This document shows positions 25,925 through 36,763 of a stretch of DNA of 64,000 bases, one piece after another. The translations under genes were made by a program, and so were the position numbers. Source of the stretch: Marsupella aquatica (Eukaryota; Plantae; Marchantiophyta); contig OZ316891.1 of assembly GCA_973895155.1 (NCBI GenBank), positions 17,077,651 through 17,141,650 on the forward strand. Direction: 5' to 3'. The notes beneath the pieces were generated by a model. That model was not told the DNA's origin. It worked only from the letters and a program-made list of their open reading frames with translations, and searched no databases. Each line of letters begins with the position of its first letter. Position 1 is the first letter of the stretch.

Positions 25925-28918
25925 ATGACTGACCTTACGCCGAGGGAAGAAAGAGTGATTCAACGGGAGAGAGCTCGACTGCAGCAGCTCGCCGGGTGGC
26001 ATGATACACAGCGACTGAGAGGGGCAGAAAGAGCTGGTAGCTCCGAAACTGGAAGTGGCGTCGAAGAAGACATACCAGAAGAAGAGTCGGTAAGGAGAAG
26101 TGAGTCTCCAACCGACATGGGGGAACCAGAGGCACGGCCAGACGAGAGGCCAGGGACCAGATTGAGCCAGCGGTCGCGCATACATTACAAGGCATTTCAT
26201 GGGAGAGGAGATGAGGATCCGGACGAATGGTTGGATGATTTCGAGGGAACCGCTGCAGCAAATGGAGAATCGGCCATCAAGATGCAGATTCTTCCCGGCC
26301 TGTTCAAGGGTGAGGCTAGGCCTTGGTACAGAGCATTAGATGTGGAAGATCAAGCCATCTGGGATATCTTCAAAACACTCTTTGTTAAGGAGTTTCGACC
26401 CATTGGAACTTCAGAACTAGCAGTGCTGAAGTTGGGACAACTTCGGTTCAAGGAGAACAAATCCTTCAGGAAGTTCTTGCAACGCTTTCAGAAACTGGTA
26501 AGACGTACAAAGACCAATGCATCTGAAGGTATGCAACTTCAATGGTTGGTGAATGCTTTGCCACAGAAGATGAGTTTTGCAATTAGGAAGGAGAACCCGA
26601 AGACTTTAGCCGAAGCAATTAAGGATATTCAATTATACATTAATGCAGATATCACAAGCCGGAAGAAACAGCTTAAGTCTGAGAGTTCCTCATCAGAGGA
26701 AGGATCACCCCATAAGAAAAAAGATAAGAAGAAGAAACATTCCAAGAAGTCTAGAAGTGATAAGTCAAGCTCGGATAGTGGGAGTAGCAAGAGTGAGTCA
26801 TCTTCTAGTTCTGAAGAAGAAAAAACTAGGAAAAGGAAGGGCAGAAGGAGAGGGAAGACGAAAGTCAAGATGGAGGCTAAGCCACCAGATAACATCATAG
26901 CCCTTACCGAGCAACTTAAGGCTATCATTGCAGAGGTAAAACCAAAGAAGAAGGTAGTACAGGAGGATAGCTCTGTATGGTGTGCCTTATGTTATAAAAC
27001 CGGACACCATAAAGATGCGTGTCCTAAGCTTAATACTAATCATGTTCGGCATGTGGCCGAGATCAGACCATGTCAGGGAGAAGTAGAGTACTTTTTGGGA
27101 GATGCCGCTGATAGTGTTTTCGGCATCAGTGAGACTGGAGCACGAGACCTATCCAACAGACCTGCATCTCTGTGGTCAGGATTAAGGAACAATCCAGGAG
27201 AGATGTATCCTCGGATTATTCAGAACCCGTCAGTACCTCCTAGGCCGAATGTGCAAAGATTTGCGGCGTGCTATAATTGTGGTCAACCTGGCCATTTTGC
27301 TAGAGAATGCCCGAATGCACGCAAACAGGGTGATGGACAACCAGCTCAGCTATGTATGGGATGCCGACAGGAAGGTCATATGCTAGGGCAATGTCCTACT
27401 TGGTTGGCAGGCCTGGCCGCAAATCATAAGCTTTTGCCGATCAAGATCTTACCGCCAGGTACTACCCCCGGAGGAGTTCAAATCAACCACATCGAACTAG
27501 GATGGCAAGAGGATGCCGAGGCAGAGTTCGTACCATCTGATGATGAGGCCGAAGCCCTATCAACCTTCTCAGAGGAGGATTTAGATCATGATTGCTACCG
27601 GGTCTCTACTCGATCTACCAGAAGGAAGGAAAGGTGGGATGGGCTGGCCAAAAATAAAGGGAAGGTTACGGAGGAAAGGATCGACTCTTCGTCAACATCA
27701 ACAGAAGGAGAAGGGAGGGCTCCGGCAATACAGGTAAGCCATGAGCCCACCAGTGAAACCAATCCTTCACAAGATAGCGACTTCAATCGAGATCATCCTA
27801 AGTTGTTCTACCCCTCTGTTACGGCTAGTGTTAAGGAACAACTAAGAGAATTAGAAACCCTGGAGAATACCGAAGCCATTGCCAAGGATGTAAAACGAGC
27901 AAAAGCATTGTTTGCTTCGGAAGACCCAACAGCTGTGGAGACTAGCGTGGCAAAACTGGCCGAATCCAAGACGGAAACACCACCAGAAGAGAAGCCGATT
28001 GTTCCCTATGACCTGGCTAAAGATGTACTAGAATCTAGAGTCTCGGCAACAATAGGTCAACTATTGAAAAATAGCCCGTACTTCCGGAAGCAATTAAGGA
28101 AGGCTATTCTCGGCAAGCCGAGATTACCCAAGGTAGCAACCAGATCCGACGTACTAATGATAGAAGAAGATCAAGGAGCCCCAGCATTACCATTAATGAT
28201 TCAAGGAGAATTATTACTACGGGTACCCATCGATGGAGGATCAGGGGTATGTATTATGATTGATTCAACAGCAAAAGGGTGGGGTCTAACACCGGAGATG
28301 ACTGGAAGAGTGTTGAACATGGCCAATGGATATCAGGTCATTCCGACGGGAGTGTTAACCGGCATCAAGACAGAGATAGGAGGTATCTTCTTTAGCATTA
28401 ACTATGTAGTAATGAAGCCGGTAAATCCTACGTCATTCCGGCTATTGATTGGTAGGCCATGGCTGTACCTAGCCGAGGTAATGGAAGATTGGGGTAAAAA
28501 GCAGTTCACTTTCGGGACCCCCTCTATCACGGTATCCTGGGACACTAAGGATGACCGTAGGAAAAGCATAAGGGAAGTAGATGGGTACGATAGTGGACTG
28601 GAGTCAGCCGATGAAGTACGTTGGTTAGAATGCCTCACTAACCTAACCGAAGAAGGTGTCTTTGGACCAGAGGTACCCCCCAGCGGATTATGGCAAGAAC
28701 CAATGGAAGGTGACTTGGAAGAAGAAGACGAAGAGGTCGAGGACTGCTTTACAATAGAATCCACCTTTTTAGCTGCAATTCCGGAGGAAGTAAAGGATGT
28801 AGACCAATTGGATGAAACGGCTAAGTGGGGAGCAGTAGCAGGGACAGTGGATTTTCTGCAGGCGTTGTGGCAGAGCCGACGGGGTCCACAACGCCATCGA
28901 TCATCGGCAAGGAATTAA
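25925..28918 (+). CDS. gag: B Gag-protease polyprotein (997 aa)
   Basis: Capsid-like FHGRGDEDPDEWLDDF; three CCHC knuckles (CALCYKTGHHKDAC, CYNCGQPGHFAREC, CMGCRQEGHMLGQC); aspartic protease VPIDGGSG..LLIGRPWL. Confidence 0.93.
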   Translation: MTDLTPREERVIQRERARLQQLAGWHDTQRLRGAERAGSSETGSGVEEDIPEEESVRRSESPTDMGEPEARPDERPGTRLSQRSRIHYKAFHGRGDEDPDEWLDDFEGTAAANGESAIKMQILPGLFKGEARPWYRALDVEDQAIWDIFKTLFVKEFRPIGTSELAVLKLGQLRFKENKSFRKFLQRFQKLVRRTKTNASEGMQLQWLVNALPQKMSFAIRKENPKTLAEAIKDIQLYINADITSRKKQLKSESSSSEEGSPHKKKDKKKKHSKKSRSDKSSSDSGSSKSESSSSSEEEKTRKRKGRRRGKTKVKMEAKPPDNIIALTEQLKAIIAEVKPKKKVVQEDSSVWCALCYKTGHHKDACPKLNTNHVRHVAEIRPCQGEVEYFLGDAADSVFGISETGARDLSNRPASLWSGLRNNPGEMYPRIIQNPSVPPRPNVQRFAACYNCGQPGHFARECPNARKQGDGQPAQLCMGCRQEGHMLGQCPTWLAGLAANHKLLPIKILPPGTTPGGVQINHIELGWQEDAEAEFVPSDDEAEALSTFSEEDLDHDCYRVSTRSTRRKERWDGLAKNKGKVTEERIDSSSTSTEGEGRAPAIQVSHEPTSETNPSQDSDFNRDHPKLFYPSVTASVKEQLRELETLENTEAIAKDVKRAKALFASEDPTAVETSVAKLAESKTETPPEEKPIVPYDLAKDVLESRVSATIGQLLKNSPYFRKQLRKAILGKPRLPKVATRSDVLMIEEDQGAPALPLMIQGELLLRVPIDGGSGVCIMIDSTAKGWGLTPEMTGRVLNMANGYQVIPTGVLTGIKTEIGGIFFSINYVVMKPVNPTSFRLLIGRPWLYLAEVMEDWGKKQFTFGTPSITVSWDTKDDRRKSIREVDGYDSGLESADEVRWLECLTNLTEEGVFGPEVPPSGLWQEPMEGDLEEEDEEVEDCFTIESTFLAAIPEEVKDVDQLDETAKWGAVAGTVDFLQALWQSRRGPQRHRSSARN
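28849..28908 (+). promoter_or_regulatory. Putative -1 ribosomal frameshift signal (slippery heptamer plus pseudoknot)
   Basis: G_GAT_TTT in the gag frame at 28849-28855, 5-nt spacer, perfect 10-bp stem 28861-28870/28886-28895, loop GCCGA complementary to TCGGC at 28904-28908. pol is in the -1 frame. Confidence 0.75.
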
Positions 28919-31900
28919 ATACCAAGGGATCGGCATACAAGCCGATTACGAGGGCAGAACAAATTGAGGCCCTATTAGAAGCCGAGAGAGCACAGCGGCC
29001 TAACTCTCAGGAGCAAGAGGTGGATAAGATGGACAGACACGATCTAGAGCCAAGGCAGGAAGGGGAGCCGACCACTAATTCAAAACCGAATAGACCGGTA
29101 AGGGGACAATCTATGGACACCAAGGAAGGGACCGACTCGGCTAGTCCAGCCGAGATCCCAGTTTATGGAGGTATGAGATTAGAGAGACTGGAAGCCGAAC
29201 TGGACCCGAATTTGAAGAAGCAGATTAATATGATCCAAGCACGGCAATATCGGAAGCTCGACTTAGGAGAGGGAAGAGAACTGAACTTAGGGAGAAACCT
29301 AGCACCTAAGCTCGAGAAAGAGATCAGTGACTTATTGATTGAATTTCAGGATGTGTTTGCATGGAGTCACCAAGATCTAAAGGGAGTAGATCCAACACTA
29401 GGGGAACATCGAATTGATCTCATGTTAGGAGCCAAATCATTTCGACAACCAATTCGAAGGATGAACCCGAAGTATTCCCTGCTGGTCAAAACAGAAATCG
29501 ACAAACTAGTGGAAGCTGGATTCATCACTCCAGTCCTGCATTCAGACTGGGTGTCTCCAATGGTGATAGTTCCCAAGAAAGCTGGACCCGATGGTAAACC
29601 CAAGATCCGGGTTTGTCAAGATTACAGGAAGCTGAATGAAGCAACATTAAAAGACCATTTTCCTTTACCGTTTACTGATATGGTACTAGACATGGTAGCC
29701 AGTCATGAACTATATTCATTCATGGATGGATACTATGGTTATAACCAAATCAGGATTCGGCAGGAAGACCAAATCAAGACGGCCTTCATCACGGAATGGG
29801 GGATCTATGTCTTCAATCGTATGCCGTTTGGACTCTGCAACGCACCAGCTATGTTCCAACGATTAATGGTGAACATTTTTCATGATTACTTGAGAAAGTT
29901 CATGGAAATCTTCATTGATGACTTTGCAGTATTCGGGAAGGCATCGAAACATGCTAAATACCTCAGGAAAACCTTCATGAGATGTAGAGAGGTGGGTCTC
30001 AAGTTACACCCAGATAAATGTTTTTTTGCAGTAACCGAGGGGGTGCTACTAGGTCACAAGGTATCAAGGAAGGGCATTGAGATTGACAAAGGTAAGCTAG
30101 CAGTATGGCTAGATATCATGCAACCTAAGAACATAAAGGATGTAAGATCCTTCTTGGGATGCATTGGTTACTATCGCCGGTTCATCAAGGATTTTGCCAA
30201 GCTAGCTTTACCATTAACCAATATGCTCAAGGCAGGAGCAGACTTCGAACCCACACCCGAACGAGTCACAGCGGTGGTAGAATTGAAGCAGATGTTAGTA
30301 GAGGCCCCAGTCATGATAGCACCGGACTGGAACAAAGATTTTCATGTTTTTGTAGATGTCTCAGGCTTCTGTATTGGCTCAGTACTAAGTCAGTTGGATG
30401 AGAAAGGAAGGGACCATCCCATATACTTCGCAAGCCGTCAGCTTGCCGATGCCGAACGGAACTACTCTACCACGGAAAGAGAAGCATTAGGAGTCATTTA
30501 TTCTTGTAAAAAGTTTAGGCATTATTTACTAGGGTACAAGGTAATCTTTCATACTGATCATGAAAGTTTGAAGTACCTAGTCAATAAGCCGGACCTTACA
30601 GGCAGAGTAGCAAGATGGATTTTGCTATTATAGGAGTTTGACTATGAGCTGAGGATCAAGCCGGGAAAGTTACATGCCAATGCCGACTTCTTTTCAAGGA
30701 TCACAGGTAAACCTGCCACGGATTGCATCGATGATCGATTCCCCGACGAGGAGCTATTCGTTGTGGAAATAGCTGGTACATGGTACCCTGAGATTTTACA
30801 ATTTCTCAGCACTTCCAGATTACAGCCAGGATTAAGCCGAGAGCAAGCCGCAGTCTTTGTGCGGAAGGTCAGACAGTATCAGTGCATTAAAGGCATACTG
30901 CACAAGCATGGAATCAACGGCACGATTCAAAGGTGTTTGGAAAAGAGAGAGGTAAAACGGGTCCTACGGGCCATGCATGGAGAGGAGGCCGGAGGACATT
31001 TTGCCCCAGTAACCACGTCTAAGAAGATATTAAATGCCGGTTACTGGTGGCCCACCTTGCACAAAGATGTCTATCAGTTTATCAAACAATGCGATCCTTG
31101 TCAACGAGCGGGAGGACCAAGGGCGTCCACCAGGCATCCACTGCACCCTATTCTACCTCTGGCACCATTCGAGAAGTGGGGTATTGATTACATTGGACCT
31201 CTGAAACCACTGACCCACCCTCGACGGAACAAGTACATAATCCTGGCTACGGATTATGCAACTAAATGGGTAGAGGCCAGACCAACAACGAAGGATGATG
31301 CAATTACTACGGCTAGATTCATGTATGAGCAGATCTTCACCAGGTATGGAGCACCCCTAGAATTAGTTAGTGATAGAGGAACCCATTTTTTGAATGATAT
31401 AATTAGTCGTTTAAATGAGCAGTATTTAGTTAAACATAGGCCTACTACTCCCTACCATCCAAAGGCAAACGGGTTGACAGAACGAGCAAACGGAATCATA
31501 GGAAAGATATTGAACAAGACAGTAGCTCAGAACAAACTCGATTGGGATGATAAATTGTTTGCTGCTGTTTTTGCTTACAATCTTGCCTATAAATCCACTA
31601 CCGGTCATACACCCTTCTTCTTAACCTTTGGACAAGAAGCCCTGGTACCCATGCAACTTGCGATACCGACATTTCAAGTTACAATTGAGGAAAGAGCCTC
31701 AGCGGAGGAGAGCCTAAAGGAGCGAGAATATAGGTTAGAAGCTTTAGAGGAAGCGAGAATGATTTCAGCCGAGAGAGTAGAATATAGATAGAATATCATG
31801 AAGCAGAAGTATGATAAAAGGTTAAAAGTAGTTAGTATTCATACCGGTGATCTTGTGCTACTTTATGACAGTAGGTATAGTAGGTTTCCAGGAAAGCTTT

Positions 31901-32066
31901 ACACTCGCTGGTTAGGACCCTTTAGAGTAACCATGATGTTCCCCAATGGCTCCGTACAATTGGCCAACATTACGGGAGAGGTATATCCAGTTCGCATCCA
32001 TTATGACCGCCTCAAGAAATACTATATGGACGAAGATGAAGTTGTTCGCGAGGACGCTTCACAATT

Positions 32067-32076
32067 AAGTGGGGAG
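32067..32076 (+). other. Polypurine tract of B
   Basis: AAGTGGGGAG-CTA directly before the 3' LTR. Confidence 0.85.
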
Positions 32077-32079
32077 CTA

Positions 32080-35000
32080 TGTGATGCCTAGACAGGAATC
32101 ACTCGGCCGGTTAAGTGGGTAAAGCAGGAAGGCACCCTAGGAACACCTTAGTATAGTGACAAAACAAGGAAAATATAAACAATTAGGGGCAACCATGGAA
32201 CCCGGGCAGAGGCCGGAGGTAAGGCTGAGGGTGAAAACCCGATTAGGGTTAGGGCGCGTTAAGCGTCGGCGGCTAGGAAGGATCAACGGGAAGAAGGACC
32301 GGCAGAGGAGAGGGGTAAGGAGCGCTTGCAGGAGATGGTGGCTCATTTGCGAGCACGAACTAGGCAGACGACTACGGGAGGCCAACTACTGTCAGCTGCT
32401 TAGGCAAGCACTCGGGGAGAGAGTAGATACCGACGATCGACCTAAGGAGGGTATGAGCAACGTCAATCAAGCGGCACATTTCTGGGGATGCCTGTTCGAA
32501 CGGGCAACTGAGTACATCAAGACTTACGAGGACGAGGAGTCAGAAAGGGCAGCTCGAGAACGGCAGGAGCTCGCTCGATTGTGGGAGCTGCAGAAGACGG
32601 CTTTCTTAGGAGGCGAACTCATCAAGGACGAGTTTCTGTGGACGCCTACTTCCAATCAACTCGACGATCTTCTGTTTTGCAAAGACAGCGTCGTCGGCAT
32701 CCGAGAGGCCATCAAGAACTGCAACGACATACACTGGGAATTAAAGGGTAGCACGGAAAGGTGGACCCAGGCAACGGTGCTAGGAGAAACCTCCACGGCA
32801 GCAGAGATGAAGAGGAAGGGAGCCGTCAACGATGAAGCCACCCCGGCAAAAAGAACGAGGTCGGCGGCACCAAAGAAGCCAGCCGAGCAGCAGAGCAAGA
32901 GGCAGGGAGAAGCCGAAGAGGAGGAGGTCGATCCCATCAAGGCCATTCCAACCAGGGATGACACCTGGAAGGGCTGGGCGGCAACCCTACCGGTGGAGGT
33001 GCAACTACATTTTGCACGGGAGGAGGATGCATGCTTTACGGCCATGCAGACCAAGAAGTACCAAGGCTTCATGGCCGGATCCGGCTTGGAGGCCTTTGTA
33101 AGATTACCATGGCTGAAGCCGGAGGTACCGGAGTCAGACCTATTAGAATTCGTGGGGTCATGGGAACCCGAGACCAATTGCACGAGGATATATGGGAAGG
33201 ATTTCTATCTTACTCCCAAGGTGATTGCCGAAGTGTTTGGCTTGCCGATGGGCAATAAGACCAAAGTTGATACCAGGAAGACCTTGCCTGACAAGGAGTT
33301 CCGGTCGTTCCCCGGGCCATCAACGAAGAATGGCTTCTTCCGGAACACCTGCACCAACCCGCACATAGGAGAGATGATCGACTTCTTGCGGGTGACCATG
33401 CATTATAACTTGCCGAGGGCAGAGATCGGCAAGGCACAGGTCTATCTGGCAGAAAGGCCAGACCCAAGCCGGGACTACAACGGGTACCTCCTCAACCAAT
33501 TGAAGAAGATCTTAAAGGAGGAGCAGCAGGTAATCGGCATGGGGAGCGTGTCGCGGCTTGGCTATCACATGCCGCTGTTGTGCCGGTATGCCAGAAGTCA
33601 GACTTTTGCCCCGGTACTTCCCCTGCAGGTAAGGGCACCCGAGGAAGCTCCAACGCCGAGGCCGTTGGCTGAGAAGCCTCAACCACCTGTTAGTCCTACG
33701 ATCGAGCAAGTGTTTAGGCCCAGGAAGGAAGACTTGCCAATGCAGCAACCAGGCATGCAGAGTCTGCTGAAACTACTAGAGAAAGAAAAGAAATCGGCAT
33801 CGGCAACAACAACGGCAACGGCAACAATGCAGGACACTACTACAGAGGTAGGCCTACACCGGCTCACAAGAGAAAACCCCTTTGTTGGAGACAAGGAGAG
33901 AATCAGGCCGGAATCCAAGCCAGGTGTTCGAATGTACGTGGGAACCTCAAGCTCCGAATCTGAGGCAGAATTGCCTGAAGCTCCTACCGACGAAGAGGAG
34001 AGGGAGAAGCCGGACGTCCAAGAGGTAGAGGAGGCAGTGGAGGACTGCAGCCATGATAATTCCGGCTATGGGTCGGACCATCACGTTCCAGGAGTAAGGA
34101 CCTGTGGCCGGTTTGTCCCCACACTTCCAAGGGTAGTGCGAGGGGACCCCAACCAGCAGAGTAGCCCTGAGTCTCCCCCACCAGATGTTGCTCCCCCGAG
34201 CTTCGACGACATAAAACAGACGGTGCAGGAATTTCAGGAGCGAATCAAGCAGGAGGAAGAGGCCGCCCTGGCTAAGGAAAAGGATTTACCAGGAGGAGAT
34301 TGGCCGGAGGACATCAGGCGGCTAGCCGAAAAAGGAAGCAAACCTCTAGCCACGATTGAAGAGATCCGCAGGACGGCTTGGGAGCAGAGGCCACGATGGG
34401 CGATGCCGATCACTTCTACTTACTCCACCTACGCTAAGAATAGAGCCATGGAGTATGGTGAGATGTGTGGGGAACTTGCGCTCGGCATCTTTGGAGAGGA
34501 GTTGGAGGTAGGACCCTTTTTCCATAGGGAGCAGTTGGAGAAGCACCAATTAGAAGAAGCGGTGGCTTTAGAGAGAAGCAAGAAGGACGAGGTCATTCGG
34601 CGGCTTAGGAGGATGGGAGCCGAGATTGAAGATCTAAGGGCGGCCAAGAAAGCCCAAGATGAACTGTGGATTAAACGACATGAGCTGAACATCATGCAGG
34701 GGCAGTTGGACGCCGCGCAGGCTGATAATCAGAATATCAAGGATAAACTGACTCAGACGCAGGAAGAGTTGGCCGACACGATCAAAGAGAGGGAAAAGTG
34801 GAAGCAAGAGCTGAAGAATACAGAGGAGGCCCACATAACAGCCAACAGCCGGGCCATGGCGGAGACCCAAAGAAAGGAATGGGCGTTGAAAGGGGAGCTC
34901 GAGAAAATCCGCGGAGCCCTTGAGCAGAAGGAGGTCGAGTTAGGGAAATCCTATCAAGGGATTATGGTGCTGCAGCAGGAGCTTGCGTCCCTGACGGCCA

Positions 35001-36763
35001 GCTTCAAGGCCGACCTAAGGGAGAAGGACGAGATGCTCGAACAGACTTACGCCAAGATGAACCAGATGGAGTCTGTCATCATTGCAGAGCTCGACAAGGA
35101 GCTAAGAGCAACCCAGGAGGAGAGGGCTACCTTGAAGAAGGAATTGGAGGAAGCCCACAGGGAGCAGGAGGAGGCCAAAAACGAGCTGGAGGGGGCACGT
35201 AAGGACCTGGATGAAACCCAAGAGGAGTTGGAGGAAATCACGAGGAAGATGGAGAACCTACAGCGGCGGGCCGACAACCAAACAGAGCGGCTGAAGAAAC
35301 AAGCCGCAGTATTTAAATGCTTAGCTGCAGCAGGTCCATCTCCCGTTGGGACAAACCAGTTACCAGGGGTGGTAATTGCCGAAGGACAAGCCGCGTCAAC
35401 TGCACCAGTGCCGGAAGTAAGTGGGAAGGGGAAGGGACCAGCTGCCGAGCCACCAACGAAGAAGAAGCGGAAACCTTCAGGGTCAAGGAGTAATATGACT
35501 TCACAGGCCGTGGTGATCAAGGAGGTAGACCCAGCACCGACCCCTGACAGGGTCACGGCTAAGGATCCAACTACCCTAGGGGAAGGGGAGGCCGAAGCCG
35601 TGGGAGTGGCTGAGGCCGAAGCCGAGGGAGTGGCTGAAGCCGAAGCCGTGGGAGTGGCTGAGGCCGAAGCCGCGGGTATTGCCGAGGCCGGTGTCGAGGC
35701 TGAAGCCGAAGGTGGACCCAGTCAGGCCGATGGAGAGTTGACTCGGTCAAGGGCAGGTAATCTGTCAGTAGGCGGGCCAACGGCAGTGGCTGAGGAGGAA
35801 GTGTTGGGGGCGTCCATTGAGGATCCACCACCGGTGTCGTGACGGTGCAAGGGCGCCATTCCTTTTAGGGAAGGCGGACGTGGAGGGAGGAGGCGTGAGT
35901 GGGCAGGGCGGGCGCGGATCTCCACGTTTAGGATTAGGATCAGAACCAGGAGCGGCCCTGACACTTAGCTTAGTGGGATTGCGGTCCCACTGGTAGGAGC
36001 AACACTTGTGCTCCTGCCTTGCTGTACATAGGTAGATTCGGGCAAGTAGATTACTGTTAAGTAGATTAGGCTTACGATGCAAAGAATGGCGGATCCACTA
36101 CCAGGATAAGTACCTGGGCAGCGGGGAGCTCAGGGCCTCTTCTTTAGCAAGTTTTTAGTTTGCACCAGCCGGGCTGGGATCAAGTAGTACGAGAAGCTCT
36201 CGGTTAGTCATACAGTGACCCTTGTGTATATTCATGTTTCCTCATGCCTAAGAGCTGAATAGAGTTGGCCTCACGGCTTAGTTCGCAGAACTTGTGTATG
36301 AGATGTACTGTTTGTATGGCAAGTGCATGGTATGACTCAGTCAGAATGAGTCATTTTGCTATTTGTGTGTCGCATTAACTTGTGTGAAGAGTGCCCACAT
36401 CAACAGAAGGAAGGAAAGTAAGCAGGGGAGTGAGAGTTGGATGTGTCGAGCTGAGAGAGGTCTTAGCGGCTTAACCAAGCCTATTGGGGATCATTCCGGC
36501 GGCGGAATCCAAACATACCTAACAAGACGGAGGGGAAGACAGGGGAAGACAGGGGAAGGCCTATATTAGGCCGGCTACGTATCTCATGACCCGATGAAGG
36601 ATCTGTCCAGTATATGTGTGTAAAATGTTAATAGTAGTAGTAGAAGGTTAGCAGCGTCCCATGCCGCTAAGCCGCGGAAACGGCCTCGCCAAGCACGAAA
36701 CCTGCGGGAATCGGCTTGAGCTGGGGGGTTTCTTGGGTTTAGGGAGCCATGGGACGCACCACA
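32080..36763 (+). repeat. 3' LTR of B (4684 bp)
   Basis: Copy of the 5' LTR with 30 extra bp in the GVAEAEA repeat; followed by the TSD. Confidence 0.96.
32195..35842 (+). CDS. Second intact copy of the LTR-encoded protein (about 1215 aa from ATG)
   Basis: ORF 32156-35842, nearly identical to 21278-24934. Confidence 0.9.
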   Translation: MEPGQRPEVRLRVKTRLGLGRVKRRRLGRINGKKDRQRRGVRSACRRWWLICEHELGRRLREANYCQLLRQALGERVDTDDRPKEGMSNVNQAAHFWGCLFERATEYIKTYEDEESERAARERQELARLWELQKTAFLGGELIKDEFLWTPTSNQLDDLLFCKDSVVGIREAIKNCNDIHWELKGSTERWTQATVLGETSTAAEMKRKGAVNDEATPAKRTRSAAPKKPAEQQSKRQGEAEEEEVDPIKAIPTRDDTWKGWAATLPVEVQLHFAREEDACFTAMQTKKYQGFMAGSGLEAFVRLPWLKPEVPESDLLEFVGSWEPETNCTRIYGKDFYLTPKVIAEVFGLPMGNKTKVDTRKTLPDKEFRSFPGPSTKNGFFRNTCTNPHIGEMIDFLRVTMHYNLPRAEIGKAQVYLAERPDPSRDYNGYLLNQLKKILKEEQQVIGMGSVSRLGYHMPLLCRYARSQTFAPVLPLQVRAPEEAPTPRPLAEKPQPPVSPTIEQVFRPRKEDLPMQQPGMQSLLKLLEKEKKSASATTTATATMQDTTTEVGLHRLTRENPFVGDKERIRPESKPGVRMYVGTSSSESEAELPEAPTDEEEREKPDVQEVEEAVEDCSHDNSGYGSDHHVPGVRTCGRFVPTLPRVVRGDPNQQSSPESPPPDVAPPSFDDIKQTVQEFQERIKQEEEAALAKEKDLPGGDWPEDIRRLAEKGSKPLATIEEIRRTAWEQRPRWAMPITSTYSTYAKNRAMEYGEMCGELALGIFGEELEVGPFFHREQLEKHQLEEAVALERSKKDEVIRRLRRMGAEIEDLRAAKKAQDELWIKRHELNIMQGQLDAAQADNQNIKDKLTQTQEELADTIKEREKWKQELKNTEEAHITANSRAMAETQRKEWALKGELEKIRGALEQKEVELGKSYQGIMVLQQELASLTASFKADLREKDEMLEQTYAKMNQMESVIIAELDKELRATQEERATLKKELEEAHREQEEAKNELEGARKDLDETQEELEEITRKMENLQRRADNQTERLKKQAAVFKCLAAAGPSPVGTNQLPGVVIAEGQAASTAPVPEVSGKGKGPAAEPPTKKKRKPSGSRSNMTSQAVVIKEVDPAPTPDRVTAKDPTTLGEGEAEAVGVAEAEAEGVAEAEAVGVAEAEAAGIAEAGVEAEAEGGPSQADGELTRSRAGNLSVGGPTAVAEEEVLGASIEDPPPVS

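Larger units (their letters stand above)
28849..32091 (+). pseudogene. pol: B RT-RNase H-integrase, one frame with two premature TAG stops
   Basis: RT FMDGYYGYNQI and FIDD; RNase H FVDVSG; integrase HHCC and D,D,E; RWLGPF. TAG at 30631-30633 and 31789-31791 (likely CAG>TAG). Confidence 0.95.
21202..36763 (+). mobile_element. Full-length LTR retrotransposon B (Ty3/gypsy, non-chromovirus, Athila-like), 15.6 kb with 4.65-kb gene-containing LTRs
   Basis: TSD ACGTG at 21197-21201 and 36764-36768. LTRs TGTGATG...CACCACA, PBS, PPT and gag-pol. Inserted antisense into the A gag. No additional RNase H or chromodomain seen. Confidence 0.97.

Noticed and set aside
21278-35842. Duplicated 1218/1228-aa coiled-coil ORFs as host genes (SMC/myosin-like) or an assembly duplication
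   Set aside because: They lie inside TSD/PBS/PPT-defined LTRs, lack ATPase or motor motifs, and differ by scattered substitutions and a 30-bp indel.
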